Part shown: one piece after another, positions 35,246 through 46,770 of the stretch
How positions within the stretch are numbered: position 1 is the stretch's first letter
Layout of the letters: every line of letters starts with the position of its first letter
Assembly: GCF_035084215.1 (NCBI RefSeq)
Contig: NC_090364.1
Location: 12,152,001-12,216,000, forward strand
Reading direction: 5' to 3'
Source: Heptranchias perlo
Lineage: Eukaryota
Length of the DNA: 64,000 bases
Program-made: the position numbers and the translations under genes
Notes under the pieces: model-generated
What the model saw: only the letters and a program-made list of their open reading frames with translations
Told to the model about the DNA's origin: nothing
Database searches by the model: none

Positions 35246-37629
35246 CACATTAACTGCTCATTCACCTCATTGCTGGCGTGCTTGTGTTCGTAACAACACT
35301 TCGTTACAAAACAAATTCATCGAATGAAGCACTCTGTGATGTTTCAACATAATAAGGTGTTATGTAAATGCCGTCTTATTTAACACATTAAAAAAAAGTC
35401 AATCATGGGCAGAAAAACAAAAAGGATTCTTTGCAAGTTTTTTTTCTGATAATATCTTCAATCCAGCAACACTACAGTTGACACCACCTTGTACAAGCTG
35501 CAGGAAACAAGTCGACTTCACATCATAAAGTGTGCTGCTTGCAGTGCCAGACTGTACTGCATATACGTTACATTGTGAAGTTATATGGCTTCATGTAAAT
35601 ATAAATTCCAGTAAGATAAATTGGCTAAAAATGTACTGCACCATGCACGCGTATTCTGTACATTCCCAAAATACTTAACGCTCAGGTTTACAAGAAAAGA
35701 ATTAGATATAATAGTCCCATTGAGCAGAGTGGATAACACGGAGGAAGAGAGGTATTCTAAGCAAAACTAAGGCAGAAAAAGCAGAGGCCAGGATTGTAAG
35801 CTAAAACTTTGTGACATGTAGTCGTTGACTTACAGAACAGAGCCCGGCAGTATATACTATCTCAGGTGAAGCGTCAAAAAGAAAGTGGATTAATTCAACC
35901 GGGGTAGAGACCTATTAGACCAGGTCCTGAAATCGGATGTAGATGACAGAATGAGCTGGACAGGTTAAGGGTTTTCACATCTGCTTACATTCGTATTCTT
36001 TTATTTCCCACTGTCCTTCGGCTGGCGCACATCTGCCTCTTGACTGCTGTAAACGTCTCCTGGTGCCTGCCTATGTTACGGACAGCCCCAAACCTCACAC
36101 ACATGCATGACCTTTCTCTCAGGCTAAGTCTGCCACGCGCATCAAGTTGCCGTTTAAATTTAAACACTGCGGCGGAGTTCAGTTTTCTGTTTTATCAACT
36201 TTGCTATTTAAATATCAGACATTAGTCACCATCTCAGGGTTTAGTCAGGCTGCAAGTGTGAATGACACACACACACGCACACACAAACAGAGAACGCCAC
36301 CCCCGACACCAGCACTGTACAAGCCTGACCCAGCTTGCTGTTTGCAGTGCGGGCGCAGTCTGAGTGTACATACTGCTCTCCCTCGAACACGGGCAGCCCA
36401 CAGTGGCATTGAGCGCGTCTCACTGCAGCCTGGCACCACTCCAGCTTGCTTATTACTTGACTGTGGGAAGCGTTTTACTGAATGGCATCCGAGTCACATG
36501 CTCACGGGTCCTAGAATAGCATTAGACCACAGCTGTACTGATTGTACAAAGGAAGAAAATGCAGTAGCGCACAAATGCGGCATGTTAGACCATGTGTTAG
36601 TAGGTGGGCACATTACAGGCTGCTCCGGTGGTTTACTTTTTGTAAGCAGAGGACGAATTTTTGTGCTCATGAAGATGAGGGATCTTAATGTTTTCGAATG
36701 GAACATTTTCTCTTTTTTTGTTTTCGCCTGTTACGACATCAACCAGCCCCAATCAGGTATATTATGGGATGGATGCAGAGTTACGCTCCCACTGCACTGC
36801 CCCATCAAATCCTTCCAGGTCAGATACAGTACAGGTTGTCTCCCTCTCCTCTTCCACAAAAATATATCTTAATTCCACTCACAAGAGTGCTTCCTACTGT
36901 ATCAGTGTAACATTTCCATTTGCCATACATGCTACTCTGTATCATCATAAGAATCCCAATTTATGATCAATTAATACCGAACGATGGTTCATTCTAACCC
37001 TCTATACCACCAAGTTCCTCCCCTCCTTCTCACAAAGCCTGCGTCAGTCTGCCCTGATCGTCCAATATTAGCTTCCTTACTGTTATTCCCATTCGCACTA
37101 TCCCGACTGGAAAGGACAGGTAGTCACACAATAACTGCCAACAGGTCCAGCGTGGGTGACAGAACAGCCACCATGTATTCTAGCAACATAAAAAACAAAA
37201 TACTGTATCTGGCATCGTACTGGCCTCGTGCAAAAGGATTTAAGGGTAAATACGTCTAATCCGCGCTCCTGGTGGGGAGCGACACTCGGAGGGAGCGTGG
37301 ATTGGAGACTTGGGGCTACGGTTTTGGAACTCGATCTTTGACCCATGATCTCTTCGAACACTGCTCCCTCATGGAAGTGAATATTATACAATGCATAAAG
37401 ACTCAAATTAAACTCCCCCCACTTCAGTTAAAACGGTTCACGGACTAACACAACACATCAGTACAGCACGCACAGCACTCTAAAACAGCACCAATACCCA
37501 AACACTGCTGCCTCCTAAGTTTACAGAGGCCTCGGTAACTTTCCTGAAACAGCAGCTAACCTGATACACGAGGCTTGAAATTACCAACGACATCAGCAGG
37601 AAACGCTCGATGTGGTCAATCAAACTTAC

Positions 37630-37700
37630 CACGAAGCTGCTCTTCCCAACAACCGGCTGAAACTGTTCTCATGACTTTCTTATCTGACTGGAGATGTTAA
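37630..37700 (-). other. Candidate 5' UTR exon of SOCS1 (distal)
   Basis: Consensus donor GTG|GTAAGT at 37629. The ATG at 37672 is in frame with the uORF if spliced to 28743. Lies in non-repetitive DNA; the 5' boundary is unknown. Confidence 0.4.
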
Positions 37701-37984
37701 CTCATGCGGAATAAGCAGGTCAATAGCTCTGTCAAGACAGTGGCTAAACAAAACCATTGTGCAGTCCTCGGCTAATATCAGCTGCAGCAGTTTCAAGGCT
37801 ATAGAGGACAGTGAATAGCGGCTTTGTGTATATTACATACAGTGTAGCTACAAACTGTACTACACGGTATGTATCACAGAAACAAGAGGGAAAAATTAAC
37901 TAACAAGACTGAGATTGACAGGAAAGTTTTTCCAAGGGATAGTGGATAAAGTGTTTAATGTGGGTTCAACTGACTTTTCCCTTT

Positions 37985-38480
37985 AATTCATTCTCAGGAC
38001 ATAGGCAATAAATGCTGGCTTTGCCAGCAACGCCCATCTAGTTGCCCTCGAGAAGGTGGTGATGAGCCGCCTTCTTGAACCGCTGCAATGCGTGTGGTGA
38101 AGGGTCTCCCACAGTGCTGTTAGGCAGGGAGTTCCAGGACTCTGATCCAGTGACGGTGAAGGAACGGCGATATGTGTCCAAGGATGGTTTGTGACTTGGA
38201 AGGGAACTTGGAGGTGATGGTGGTTCCCATGCATCTGCTGCTCTTACCGTTCTAGGTGGTGGAGGTTGCAAGTTTGGGAGATGCTGTCGAAGATGTCTTG
38301 GCAGATTGCTGCAGTGCATCCTGTAGATAATACACGCTGCAGCCACATTACACCGATGGTGGAGGGAGTGGATGTTTAAGCTGGTGGATGGGGTGCCGAT
38401 CAATAAAACTGCTTTGTCCTGGATGGTGTCAACCTTCTTGAGCATTGTTGGAGCTGTACCCATCTGGGCAAGTGGATCCA
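37985..38480 (-). mobile_element. Non-LTR retrotransposon 3' end (CR1-group, clade unassigned)
   Basis: LD.IQDKA..LI...IHSLHHR..VAA...YRMH...SF......WNSLP...LQRFK. The tail is shared with the SINE at 49170. Confidence 0.75.
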
Positions 38481-38534
38481 TCACACACTGGCTTGTGCCT
38501 TTTCTGTTGACATGTTACACCGAAGCCTTTTTCT

Positions 38535-38810
38535 CCTTCAGGTGGACATAAAAGATCCCATGGCACTATTTTGAAGAAGAGCAGGGGAGTGCTCCCTGGT
38601 GTCCTGGCCAATATTTATCCTTCAACCAACATTGCTAAAACAGATTATCTGGTCATTATTTCATTGCTGTTTATGGGACCTTGCTGTGCGCAAATTGGCT
38701 GCCACATTTCCCTACATTACAATAGTGACTACACTTCAAAAGTACTCATTGACTGTAAAGTGCTTTGGGACGTCCTGAGGTCATGAAAGGTGTCTTTCTT
38801 CTTCTTTCTT
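38535..38810 (+). mobile_element. SacSINE1-like SINE, 3' half
   Basis: Deu core and tail. Confidence 0.85.
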
Positions 38811-39386
38811 TTTGCACACATACACTCACTCCTCCCTGTTCTCACACAACTCCAATATCCTCCACTAGGATTATTTGGCATCTTTATACCAATAAACGAC
38901 TGGAAACATTGCAATTAAGTTTAAACGCCTTGAGTGGTATTTTTAATTCATCCCCTCAAATTGTTCCCCGCACTGCCATCACCAGTAAGAGGGCCTGTAC
39001 TTCACCCGACTGTTATTTGGCTCAAAATGCTTACTCACATTTTCCAGTCCTCACTGGATAAAGGCATAGTGCCGCAGGATTGGAGGACTGCTAATGTTGT
39101 CCCGTTGTTTAAAAGGGGAGATAGGGATAGACCGAGTAAATACAGGCCAGTCAGTCTAACCTCGGTGGTGGGCAAATTATTGGAATTAATTCTGAGGGAC
39201 AGGATAAACCATCACTTAGAAAGGCACAGAGTAATCAAGGACAGTCAGCATGGATTTGTTAAGGGAAGGTCGTGTCTGACTAACTTGATTGAATTTTTTG
39301 AAACGGCAACAAGGAGGGTCAATGAGGGTAATGCATTTGATGTAGTCTACATGGATTTTAGCAAGGCTTTTGACAAGATCCCACAT

Positions 39387-42300
39387 AAGAACATAAGAAC
39401 ATAAGAAATTGGAGCAGGAGTAGGCCAATCGGCCCCTCGAGCCTGCTCCGCCATTTAATAAGATCATGGCTGATCTGATCCCAACCACAAATCTAAAGAA
39501 CACAAGAAGTCGGAGCAGGACCCGGCCACATAGCCCCTGGGCCCTCTCCGCCACCCACAGGGCATTGACCGATCCGAACTCAGCTTCATGTCCAATTTCC
39601 TGCCCGCTCCCCATAACCCCTAATTCCCTTTACTTCGAGGAAACTGTCTATTTCTGTTTTAAATTTATCTAATGATGTAGCTTCCACAGCTTCCTGGGGC
39701 AGCATATTCCACAGACCTACCACCCTCTGAGTGAAGAAGTTTCTCCTCATCTCAGTTTTGAAAGAGCAGCCCCTTATTCTAAGATTATGCCCCCTAGTTC
39801 TAGTTTCACCCATCTTTGGGAACATCCTTACTGCATCCACCCGATCAAGACCCCTCACAATCTTATATGTTTCAATAAGATCGCCTCTCATTCTTCTGAA
39901 CTCCAATGAGTAGAGTCCCAATCTGCTCAACCTCTCCTCATATGTGCGCCCCTTCATCCCCGGGATTAACCGAGTGAACCTTCTTTGTACTGCCTCGAGA
40001 GCAAGTATGTCTTTTCTTAAGTATGGAGACCAAAACTGTATGCAGTATTCCAGGTGCGGTCTCACCAATACCTTATATAACTGCAGCAATACCTCCCTGT
40101 TTTTATATTCTATCCCCCTAGCAATAAAAGCCAACATTCCGTTGGCTTTCTTGATCACCTGCTGCACCTGCATACCAACTTTTTGATTTTCTTGCACTAG
40201 GACCCCCAGATCCCTTTGTACTGCAGTACTTTCCAGTCTCTCGCCATTAAGAAAATAACTTGCTCTCTGATTTTTCCTGCCAAAGTGCATAACCTCACAT
40301 TTTCCAATATTATATTGCATCTGCCAAATCTCCGCCCACTCACCCAGCCTGTCTATATCCCCTTGCAGGTTTTTTATGTCCTCCTCACTCTCTACTTTCC
40401 CTCCCATCTTTGTATCATCTGCAAATTTTGATATGTTGCACTCGGTCCCCTCCTCCAAATCGTTAATATAGATTGTAAAGAGTTGGGGACCCAGCACCGA
40501 CCCCTGTGGAACACCACTGGTTACTGGTTGCCAGTCCGAAAATGAACCATTTATCCCAACTCTCTGCTTCCTGTTTGATAACCAATCCTCCACCCATGCC
40601 AGAATATTACCCCCAATCCCGTGATTTTTTATCTTAAGTAATAATCTTTCATGTGGCACCTTGTCGAATGCCTTCTGGAAGTCTAAATACACTACGTCCA
40701 CTGGTTCCCCTTTATCCACCCTATACGTTATATCCTCGAAGAACTCAAGCAAATTTGTCAGACATGACTTCCCCTTCATGAAGCCATGCTGACTTTGTCC
40801 TATTAAATTATGCTTATCTAAATGTTCCGTTACTGTCTCCTTAATAATAGACTCCAAAATTTTACCCACCACAGATGTTAAGCTAACTGGCCTATAATTT
40901 CCAGCCTTCTGCCTACTACCCTTTTTAAATAACGGTGTTACATTAGCAGTTTTCCAATCTGCCGGGACCTCTCCTGAGTCCAGGGAATTTTGGAAAACTA
41001 TCACCAAAGCATCCACAATCCCTACTGCCACTTCCCTCAAGACCCTAGGATGGAAGCCATCAGGTCCAGGGGATTTATCCGCCTTGAGTCCCATTATTTT
41101 ACTGAGTACCATCTCCTGAGTGATTTTAATCGTATTTAGCTCCTCCCCCCCGAGAGTCCCCTGTTTGTCCAGTGTTGGGATATTCTTAGTGTCCTCTACT
41201 GTAAAGACTGAAACAAAATATTTGTTCAGCATTTTTGCCATCTCCATGTTTCCCACCATTAATTTCCCAGTCTCATCCTCTAAGGGACCTATGTTTGCCT
41301 TAGCCACCCTTTTTCTTTTTATATAACTATAGAAACTCTTGCTATCTGTTTTTATATTTTTTGCTAATTTCTTTTCATAATCTAACTTCCCTTTCTTAAT
41401 CAATCCTTTAGTTACTTTTTGCTGTCTTTTGAAGAATTCCCAATCTTCTATCCTCCCACTAAGTTTGGCTACCTTATATGTCCTTGTTTTTAGTCGGATA
41501 CTATCCTTGATTTCTTTACTTAGCCACGGGTGGCTGTCTTTTCTTTTACACCCTTTTTTCCTCAGTGGAATATATTTATTTTGAAAGTTGTAAAATAACT
41601 CCCTAAATGAACACCACTGCTCATGTACCGTCTTACCCTTTAATCTATTTTCCCAGTCCACTTTAATCAATTCCGCTCTCATACCATCATAGTCTCCTTT
41701 ATTCAAGCTCAGTACGCTTGTTTGAGAATCAACCTTCTCACCCTCTAATTGGATATGGAATTCAACCATGTTGTGGTCGCTCGTTCCAAGGGGATCCTTA
41801 ACTAGGACATTATTAATTAATCCTGACTCATTACACAGGACCAGGTCCAAGGTTGCCTGCCCCCTTGTAGGATCAGTTACATACTGCTCAAGAAATCCAT
41901 CCCTGATGCACTCAATGAACTCGTCCTCAAGGCTGCTCTGCCCAATTTGATTTGTCCAGTTAATATGATAATTAAAATCCCCCATAATTATGGCTGTTCC
42001 CTTATTACATGCCCCGACTATCTCCTGATTAATACTTCTTCCAGCAGAGTTGCAACTATTAGGAGGCCTATATACTACGCCCACTAATGTTTTTTTTCCC
42101 TTATTATTCCTTATCTCCACCCAAACTGTTTCATTATCTTGATGCTTTGTCCCAATATCATTTCTCTGTATTACAGTGATTCCTTCCTTTATTAACATAG
42201 CCACCCCACCTCCCCTTCCTTCCTGCCTGTCCTTCCTGATTGTTAAATACCCTGGCATATTTAATTCCCAGTCGTTGTCACCCTGCAGCCATGTTTCTGT

Positions 42301-42547
42301 AATGGCCACAAGATCATACCCATACGTAGTTATTTGTGCCGTTAACTCGTCCATTTTATTACGAATGCTACGTGCATTCAGATAAAGAACTTTCAAATCT
42401 GTTTTGTGACGCTTAGTTCCTGCTTTTTCCTTTTTTAACACTTTACCTATTACTCCATACCTTCTGTCCCTTCCTGTTACGCTTTCCTCTCTCTCCCTGC
42501 TCAGGTTCCCAACCCCCTGCCACTTTAGTTTAAACCCTCCCCAACAG
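39387..42547 (-). mobile_element. Young CR1 LINE nested in the opposite orientation, truncated at the end of ORF1
   Basis: (aagaacat)n tail at 39387, complete ORF2, ORF1 end AVGEGLN* at about 42547-42525, CACAT duplication at both ends. Confidence 0.95.
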
Positions 42548-42552
42548 CACAT
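39586..42552 (-). CDS. CR1 ORF2: APE endonuclease plus reverse transcriptase, uninterrupted
   Basis: YLNARSI, AITETWL, GGGVA, GVVYRPP, MGDFN and SDH (endonuclease); [29 protein letters not shown] and FADDTK (RT). No stop over about 990 codons. Confidence 0.93.
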   Translation of the reverse strand: MCCWGGFKLKWQGVGNLSREREESVTGRDRRYGVIGKVLKKEKAGTKRHKTDLKVLYLNARSIRNKMDELTAQITTYGYDLVAITETWLQGDNDWELNMPGYLTIRKDRQEGRGGGVAMLIKEGITVIQRNDIGTKHQDNETVWVEIRNNKGKKTLVGVVYRPPNSCNSAGRSINQEIVGACNKGTAIIMGDFNYHINWTNQIGQSSLEDEFIECIRDGFLEQYVTDPTRGQATLDLVLCNESGLINNVLVKDPLGTSDHNMVEFHIQLEGEKVDSQTSVLSLNKGDYDGMRAELIKVDWENRLKGKTVHEQWCSFRELFYNFQNKYIPLRKKGCKRKDSHPWLSKEIKDSIRLKTRTYKVAKLSGRIEDWEFFKRQQKVTKGLIKKGKLDYEKKLAKNIKTDSKSFYSYIKRKRVAKANIGPLEDETGKLMVGNMEMAKMLNKYFVSVFTVEDTKNIPTLDKQGTLGGEELNTIKITQEMVLSKIMGLKADKSPGPDGFHPRVLREVAVGIVDALVIVFQNSLDSGEVPADWKTANVTPLFKKGSRQKAGNYRPVSLTSVVGKILESIIKETVTEHLDKHNLIGQSQHGFMKGKSCLTNLLEFFEDITYRVDKGEPVDVVYLDFQKAFDKVPHERLLLKIKNHGIGGNILAWVEDWLSNRKQRVGINGSFSDWQPVTSGVPQGSVLGPQLFTIYINDLEEGTECNISKFADDTKMGGKVESEEDIKNLQGDIDRLGEWAEIWQMQYNIGKCEVMHFGRKNQRASYFLNGERLESTAVQRDLGVLVQENQKVGMQVQQVIKKANGMLAFIARGIEYKNREVLLQLYKVLVRPHLEYCIQFWSPYLRKDILALEAVQRRFTRLIPGMKGRTYEERLSRLGLYSLEFRRMRGDLIETYKIVRGLDRVDAVRMFPKMGETRTRGHNLRIRGCSFKTEMRRNFFTQRVVGLWNMLPQEAVEATSLDKFKTEIDSFLEVKGIRGYGERAGNWT

Positions 42553-44849
42553 GGCAGACTGGTCAAAAAAGTACAAGCCCATGGGATCCAAGGGAGATGG
42601 CAAGTTGGATCCAAAATTGGCTCAGTGGCAGGAAACAAAGGGTAAAGGTCGACGGGTGTTTTTGTGACTGGAAGGCTGTTTCCAGTGGGGTTCTGCAGGG
42701 CTCAGTACCGGGTCCCTTGCTTTTTGTGATATATATTAATGATTTGGACTTAAATATATGGGGCATGATTAAGAAGTTTGCAGATGGTACAAAAATTGGC
42801 CGTGTGGTTGATAGTGAGGAGGAAAGCTGTAGACTGCAGGAAGATATCAATGGGCTGGTCAGGTGGACAGAAAAGTGGCAAATGGAATTCAATCCAGGAA
42901 GTGTGAGGTAATGCATTTGGGGAGGGCAAACAAGGCAAGGGAGTACACAATAAATGGAAGGATACTGAGAGGTGTAAAGGAACAAAGGGACCTTGGAGTG
43001 CATGTCCACGGATCCCTGAAGGTAGCAGGACAGGTAGATAAGGTGATTAAGAAGGCATACGGGATACTTTCCTTTATTAGCTGAGGCATAGAATATAAGA
43101 GCAGGGAGGTTATGCTTGAACTGTATAAAACACTGGTTAGGCCACAGCTTGAGTACTGCACACAGTTCTGGTCACCACATTACAGGAAGGATGTAATTGC
43201 ACTAGAGAGGGTACAGAGCAGATTTACGAGGATGTTGCTAGAACTGGAGAATTTTAGCTATGAAGAAAGATTGGATAGGCTGGAGTTGTTCTCTTTGGAA
43301 CAGAGGAGGCTGAGGGGAGATTTAAATTGAGGTGTACAAAATTATGAGGGGCCTAGATAGAGTGGATAGGAAGGACCCATTTCCCTTAGCAGGGAGGTCA
43401 ATAACCAGGGGGCATAGATTTATAGTGATTGGTAGAAGGATTAGAGGCAAGTTGAGGAAAAATGTTTTCACCCAGAGGGTGGTGGGGGTCTGGAACTCAC
43501 TGCCTAAAAGGGTGGTAGAGGCAGAAACCCTCAACTCATTTAAAAAGTACCTGGATGTGCACTTGTAGTGACCTACAAGGCTACGGACCAAGTGCTGGAA
43601 AGTGTGATTAGGCCGGGTGGCTCATTTTTGGCCGGCGCAGACACCATGGGCCGAATGGCCTCCTTCTATGCCGTAAATTTTCTACGATTCTATGAAAGGA
43701 CAAATGTATAATTGTACTGCTGGGCATATTTCACAATTCAATGGGACATTGTGTGAAAATTTCACACCCTTTCTACTTCATTGAAATCGCAGAGCAACAC
43801 CCCACCACACTCAACAGGAACGGACCCAGTGCAGAGAAATCAAACTAGACACAGAATCTATCTGGAAATATCCCCATTGTACACAGCCCTCCCTTCTTAT
43901 ACCCTTGGCTGTGTTGAGCCCTCTCGCATGTACACGCTCCTTGCTGTATTTGCTCCAAGTTCAATGTTCTTCTAGTTAGGGTAATGGAGGCAAAAACTCT
44001 GGATTATTCAAGAGGCAGTTAGCTACTGTGATGGGGGCATTGCTGTAGGTTACAGTGGAAGGATGGGCCAAATGGCCACCCCCTAAGTACTTGTTACCTT
44101 TGCAAAATATGTCCTGTGCCTGTTATTTTCTGAAGTAATGATACTGAATATCTGCATAGTTACTGAGACATTCTCTTGTTTTCTATCCTAATAACTTCTG
44201 TCTGAAGCTGTCCAGCTTTATACTGATTGAAATAAAATGGACAAACTATTTTACTATGGAAATGATCACGTGCGACCCTCACGAGAGTGTAAGCAACTTT
44301 CTATAACAAAGAAACACAGAAGGATAGGTCATTGACCCATTGAACGTGCTCCCTTTAACAGACCATGTATGATTTGCACCATGGTGGACTTTATCTGATT
44401 TATTTGACCTCCTGGGGGGGATGAATAACAAGTGGAAATTCCAGAAGATGAAAGTTCAATGACAATTCTCCCTGATCGAATCAAGTTAAACATTCCAGGT
44501 TATCAACCAAACTTTACAAATGACCTTATTCAGCCTTGGCCAAACGCATTCCACAGGTGACACTTGCACAACCCGTCAGCACTGGAGCGTTGGAGCTCCA
44601 CAGAGTATTTGATCACTTTTATTTCTCCCCATTCTCTTCATGGGCTGATGCTGGGGAACAGTTCCAGAAACTGGCTAAGAAATTGGTAAAATATAAGGGA
44701 AATGGAGAACATCTGCACGAGGTGTAATACAAGATTGAGATCAAAGTACTGGACACAGGTCACGAGAAGTGTGCATCATAACAGCACCATGAATGGGATT
44801 GAAGTAGACTTAAAAAAGAGACCCCAGAATAATAGTACACTAGTCGCAT

Positions 44850-45445
44850 TCAAAATCGGGACAATGTGGTGAAACAATTAAAAAAGGTAGTCAAATGTTA
44901 GGATTCATAGCCAGAATGATGGAGTACAAGTTTATAGAGGTAATGCTAGGACTTTAGAATGCACGAGTCAGGCCACACTTGGAGCAGTAAGTACAAGTCT
45001 AGTGGCCGTGTCACCAAAAAAGATGTACAGGTATTAGAAAAACACACAAAAGAGAAACAAGACTATCACAAGTGTGAAGGGGACCTGTGATGAGGAAAGA
45101 TTAGAGATCAAGTTCTACACGCTAGAAAGAAGGTGGTTCAGGGAGACCTCACTGGAGTGTATGAAATAATAAAATGATGTTCATAAGGTAAACCCAGAAT
45201 ATTACTTTAGACAAAGCCCAGAAAGTAGAACCAGAGGATGTAAACTTGGTGAAAAGTCAATTTAAAACACATATTAGGAAGAATTTCTTTACTCAAAGAG
45301 TGAGACATATTTGGAATAATCTACCAGGCAGCTTCATAGAAACAAAAACATTAGGGACATTCAAAATGCAGTTAGATGCTAAGATGGGAGAGCTAGGGTA
45401 TTATAGACCAAGATGCGATGGGCCAAGTGGCTTTTCTCAACCTTG
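44850..45445 (+). mobile_element. Old CR1 RT remnant
   Basis: RPHLE, LERR..RGDL and RKNFFTQRV..IWNNLP remnants. Confidence 0.7.
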
Positions 45446-45480
45446 ACTTTTCTTCTGCTCTTTTGGGTGCCAGCTACTCT

Positions 45481-45908
45481 TATCCAAGTGACCATTCTTC
45501 ACCGAAATCCATCCAAGTGACCAATCTTCACGGAGATCCATCCAAGTGACCAATCTTCACGGCGATCCATGCAAGTGACCAATCTTCATGGAGATCCATC
45601 CAAGTGACCATTCTTCACCGAGATCCATCCAAGTGACCATTTATGGAGATCCATCCAAGTGACCATTCTTCACCGAGATCCATCCAAGTGACCATTCTTC
45701 ACCGAGATCCATCCAAGTGACCATTCTTCACCAAGATCCATCCAAGTGACCATTCTTCACCGAGATCCATCCAAATGACCATTCTTCACCGAGATCCATC
45801 CAAATGACCATTCTTCATGGCGATCCATCCAAGTGACCAATCTTCATGGAGATCCATCCAAGTGACCATTCTTCACGGCGATCCATCCAAGTGACTAATC
45901 TTCATGGA
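45481..45908. repeat. 29-bp minisatellite (ATCCAAGTGACCATTCTTCACCGAGATCC)n, about 15 copies
   Basis: atccaagtg recurs at 45482 and 45511. Confidence 0.95.
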
Positions 45909-46367
45909 GGGGCCTGGCAGGCAGCTACCGTGAATTGTACAGCCCACCCAAAGAGCCAATGAAAGATGATGTGAGTGGTGAATCCTTGATACAGCACTCA
46001 GATGACAGTGAACAAATGTTAGGATCTCATCTAGTTGTCTATTATAAACAGACCAAACCTCTGATTTCCTACTGCTGACTGTGGGGTGAAACACAGCCTG
46101 GTGCAAAGCTATTCTCACCCTATATCCATATTATCCTTGCTTCCCACAGGGGCACAGGATGGAAATATACAAGTGGGAACTCTGGCTGATATTTCTCCTC
46201 CCTAGCCAATGGATGCAGAGGTCAACTGCCCCCTCAGGTCAGCTAACCCAGCACAGACCAGGAATGGAGCCTGGGACCGCTAGAGACTGAAAATGAGGCA
46301 GCTCTGCCCTGTTTCTGCCCGCCTGAAACTCCCAGCTGAAACAGGCAGATCCTTCATTAAAATATTC

Positions 46368-46770
46368 CCTTGAGTTTAGAAGATTGAGGAGTGATCTAAT
46401 GAAGGTATTTAAAATGATAAAGGGATTTGATAGAATAGATACAGAGAAGCTATTCCATCTGGTGGGGAAATCCAGAATATGGGGGGCACAATCTTAAAAT
46501 TAGAGCCAGGCCACTCAGGAGTGGAATCAGGAAATATCTCTCCACACAAAGGGTAGTGGAAATCTGGAACTCTCTTCCCTCAAAAGGCTATGGATGCTGG
46601 GGGTCAATTGAAGCTATCAAGACTGAGAGCGATAGATTTTTTATTAGGTATCAAGGGATTTGGATTGAAGGCAGGTAAATGGAGGTGAGGTACTGCTCAG
46701 CCATGATCTAAGTGAATGGTGGAGCAAGCCCGAGGGGCTGAATGGCTTCCTCCTGTTTCAATGTTCCCAT
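46368..46770 (+). mobile_element. CR1 3' fragment
   Basis: LEFRRLRSDL..VFKMIKGFD and CR1 3' UTR. Same subfamily as 51310-51765. Confidence 0.85.

Larger units (their letters stand above)
39040..43695 (+). mobile_element. Older CR1 (host), split into 39040-39386 and 42548-43695
   Basis: The reading frame ...DFSKAFDKIPH resumes as HGRLVKKVQAHGIQG after the insert. Later frameshifts and stops; tail at about 43690. Confidence 0.92.

Noticed and set aside
36147-36872. 241-aa plus-strand ORF
   Set aside because: Non-ATG start, passes through a CA repeat, and shows no domain or protein-like composition.
42553-42603. N-terminus of the 1005-aa ORF as a novel domain
   Set aside because: It is antisense sequence of the host CR1, and the track's start at 42603 is TTG.
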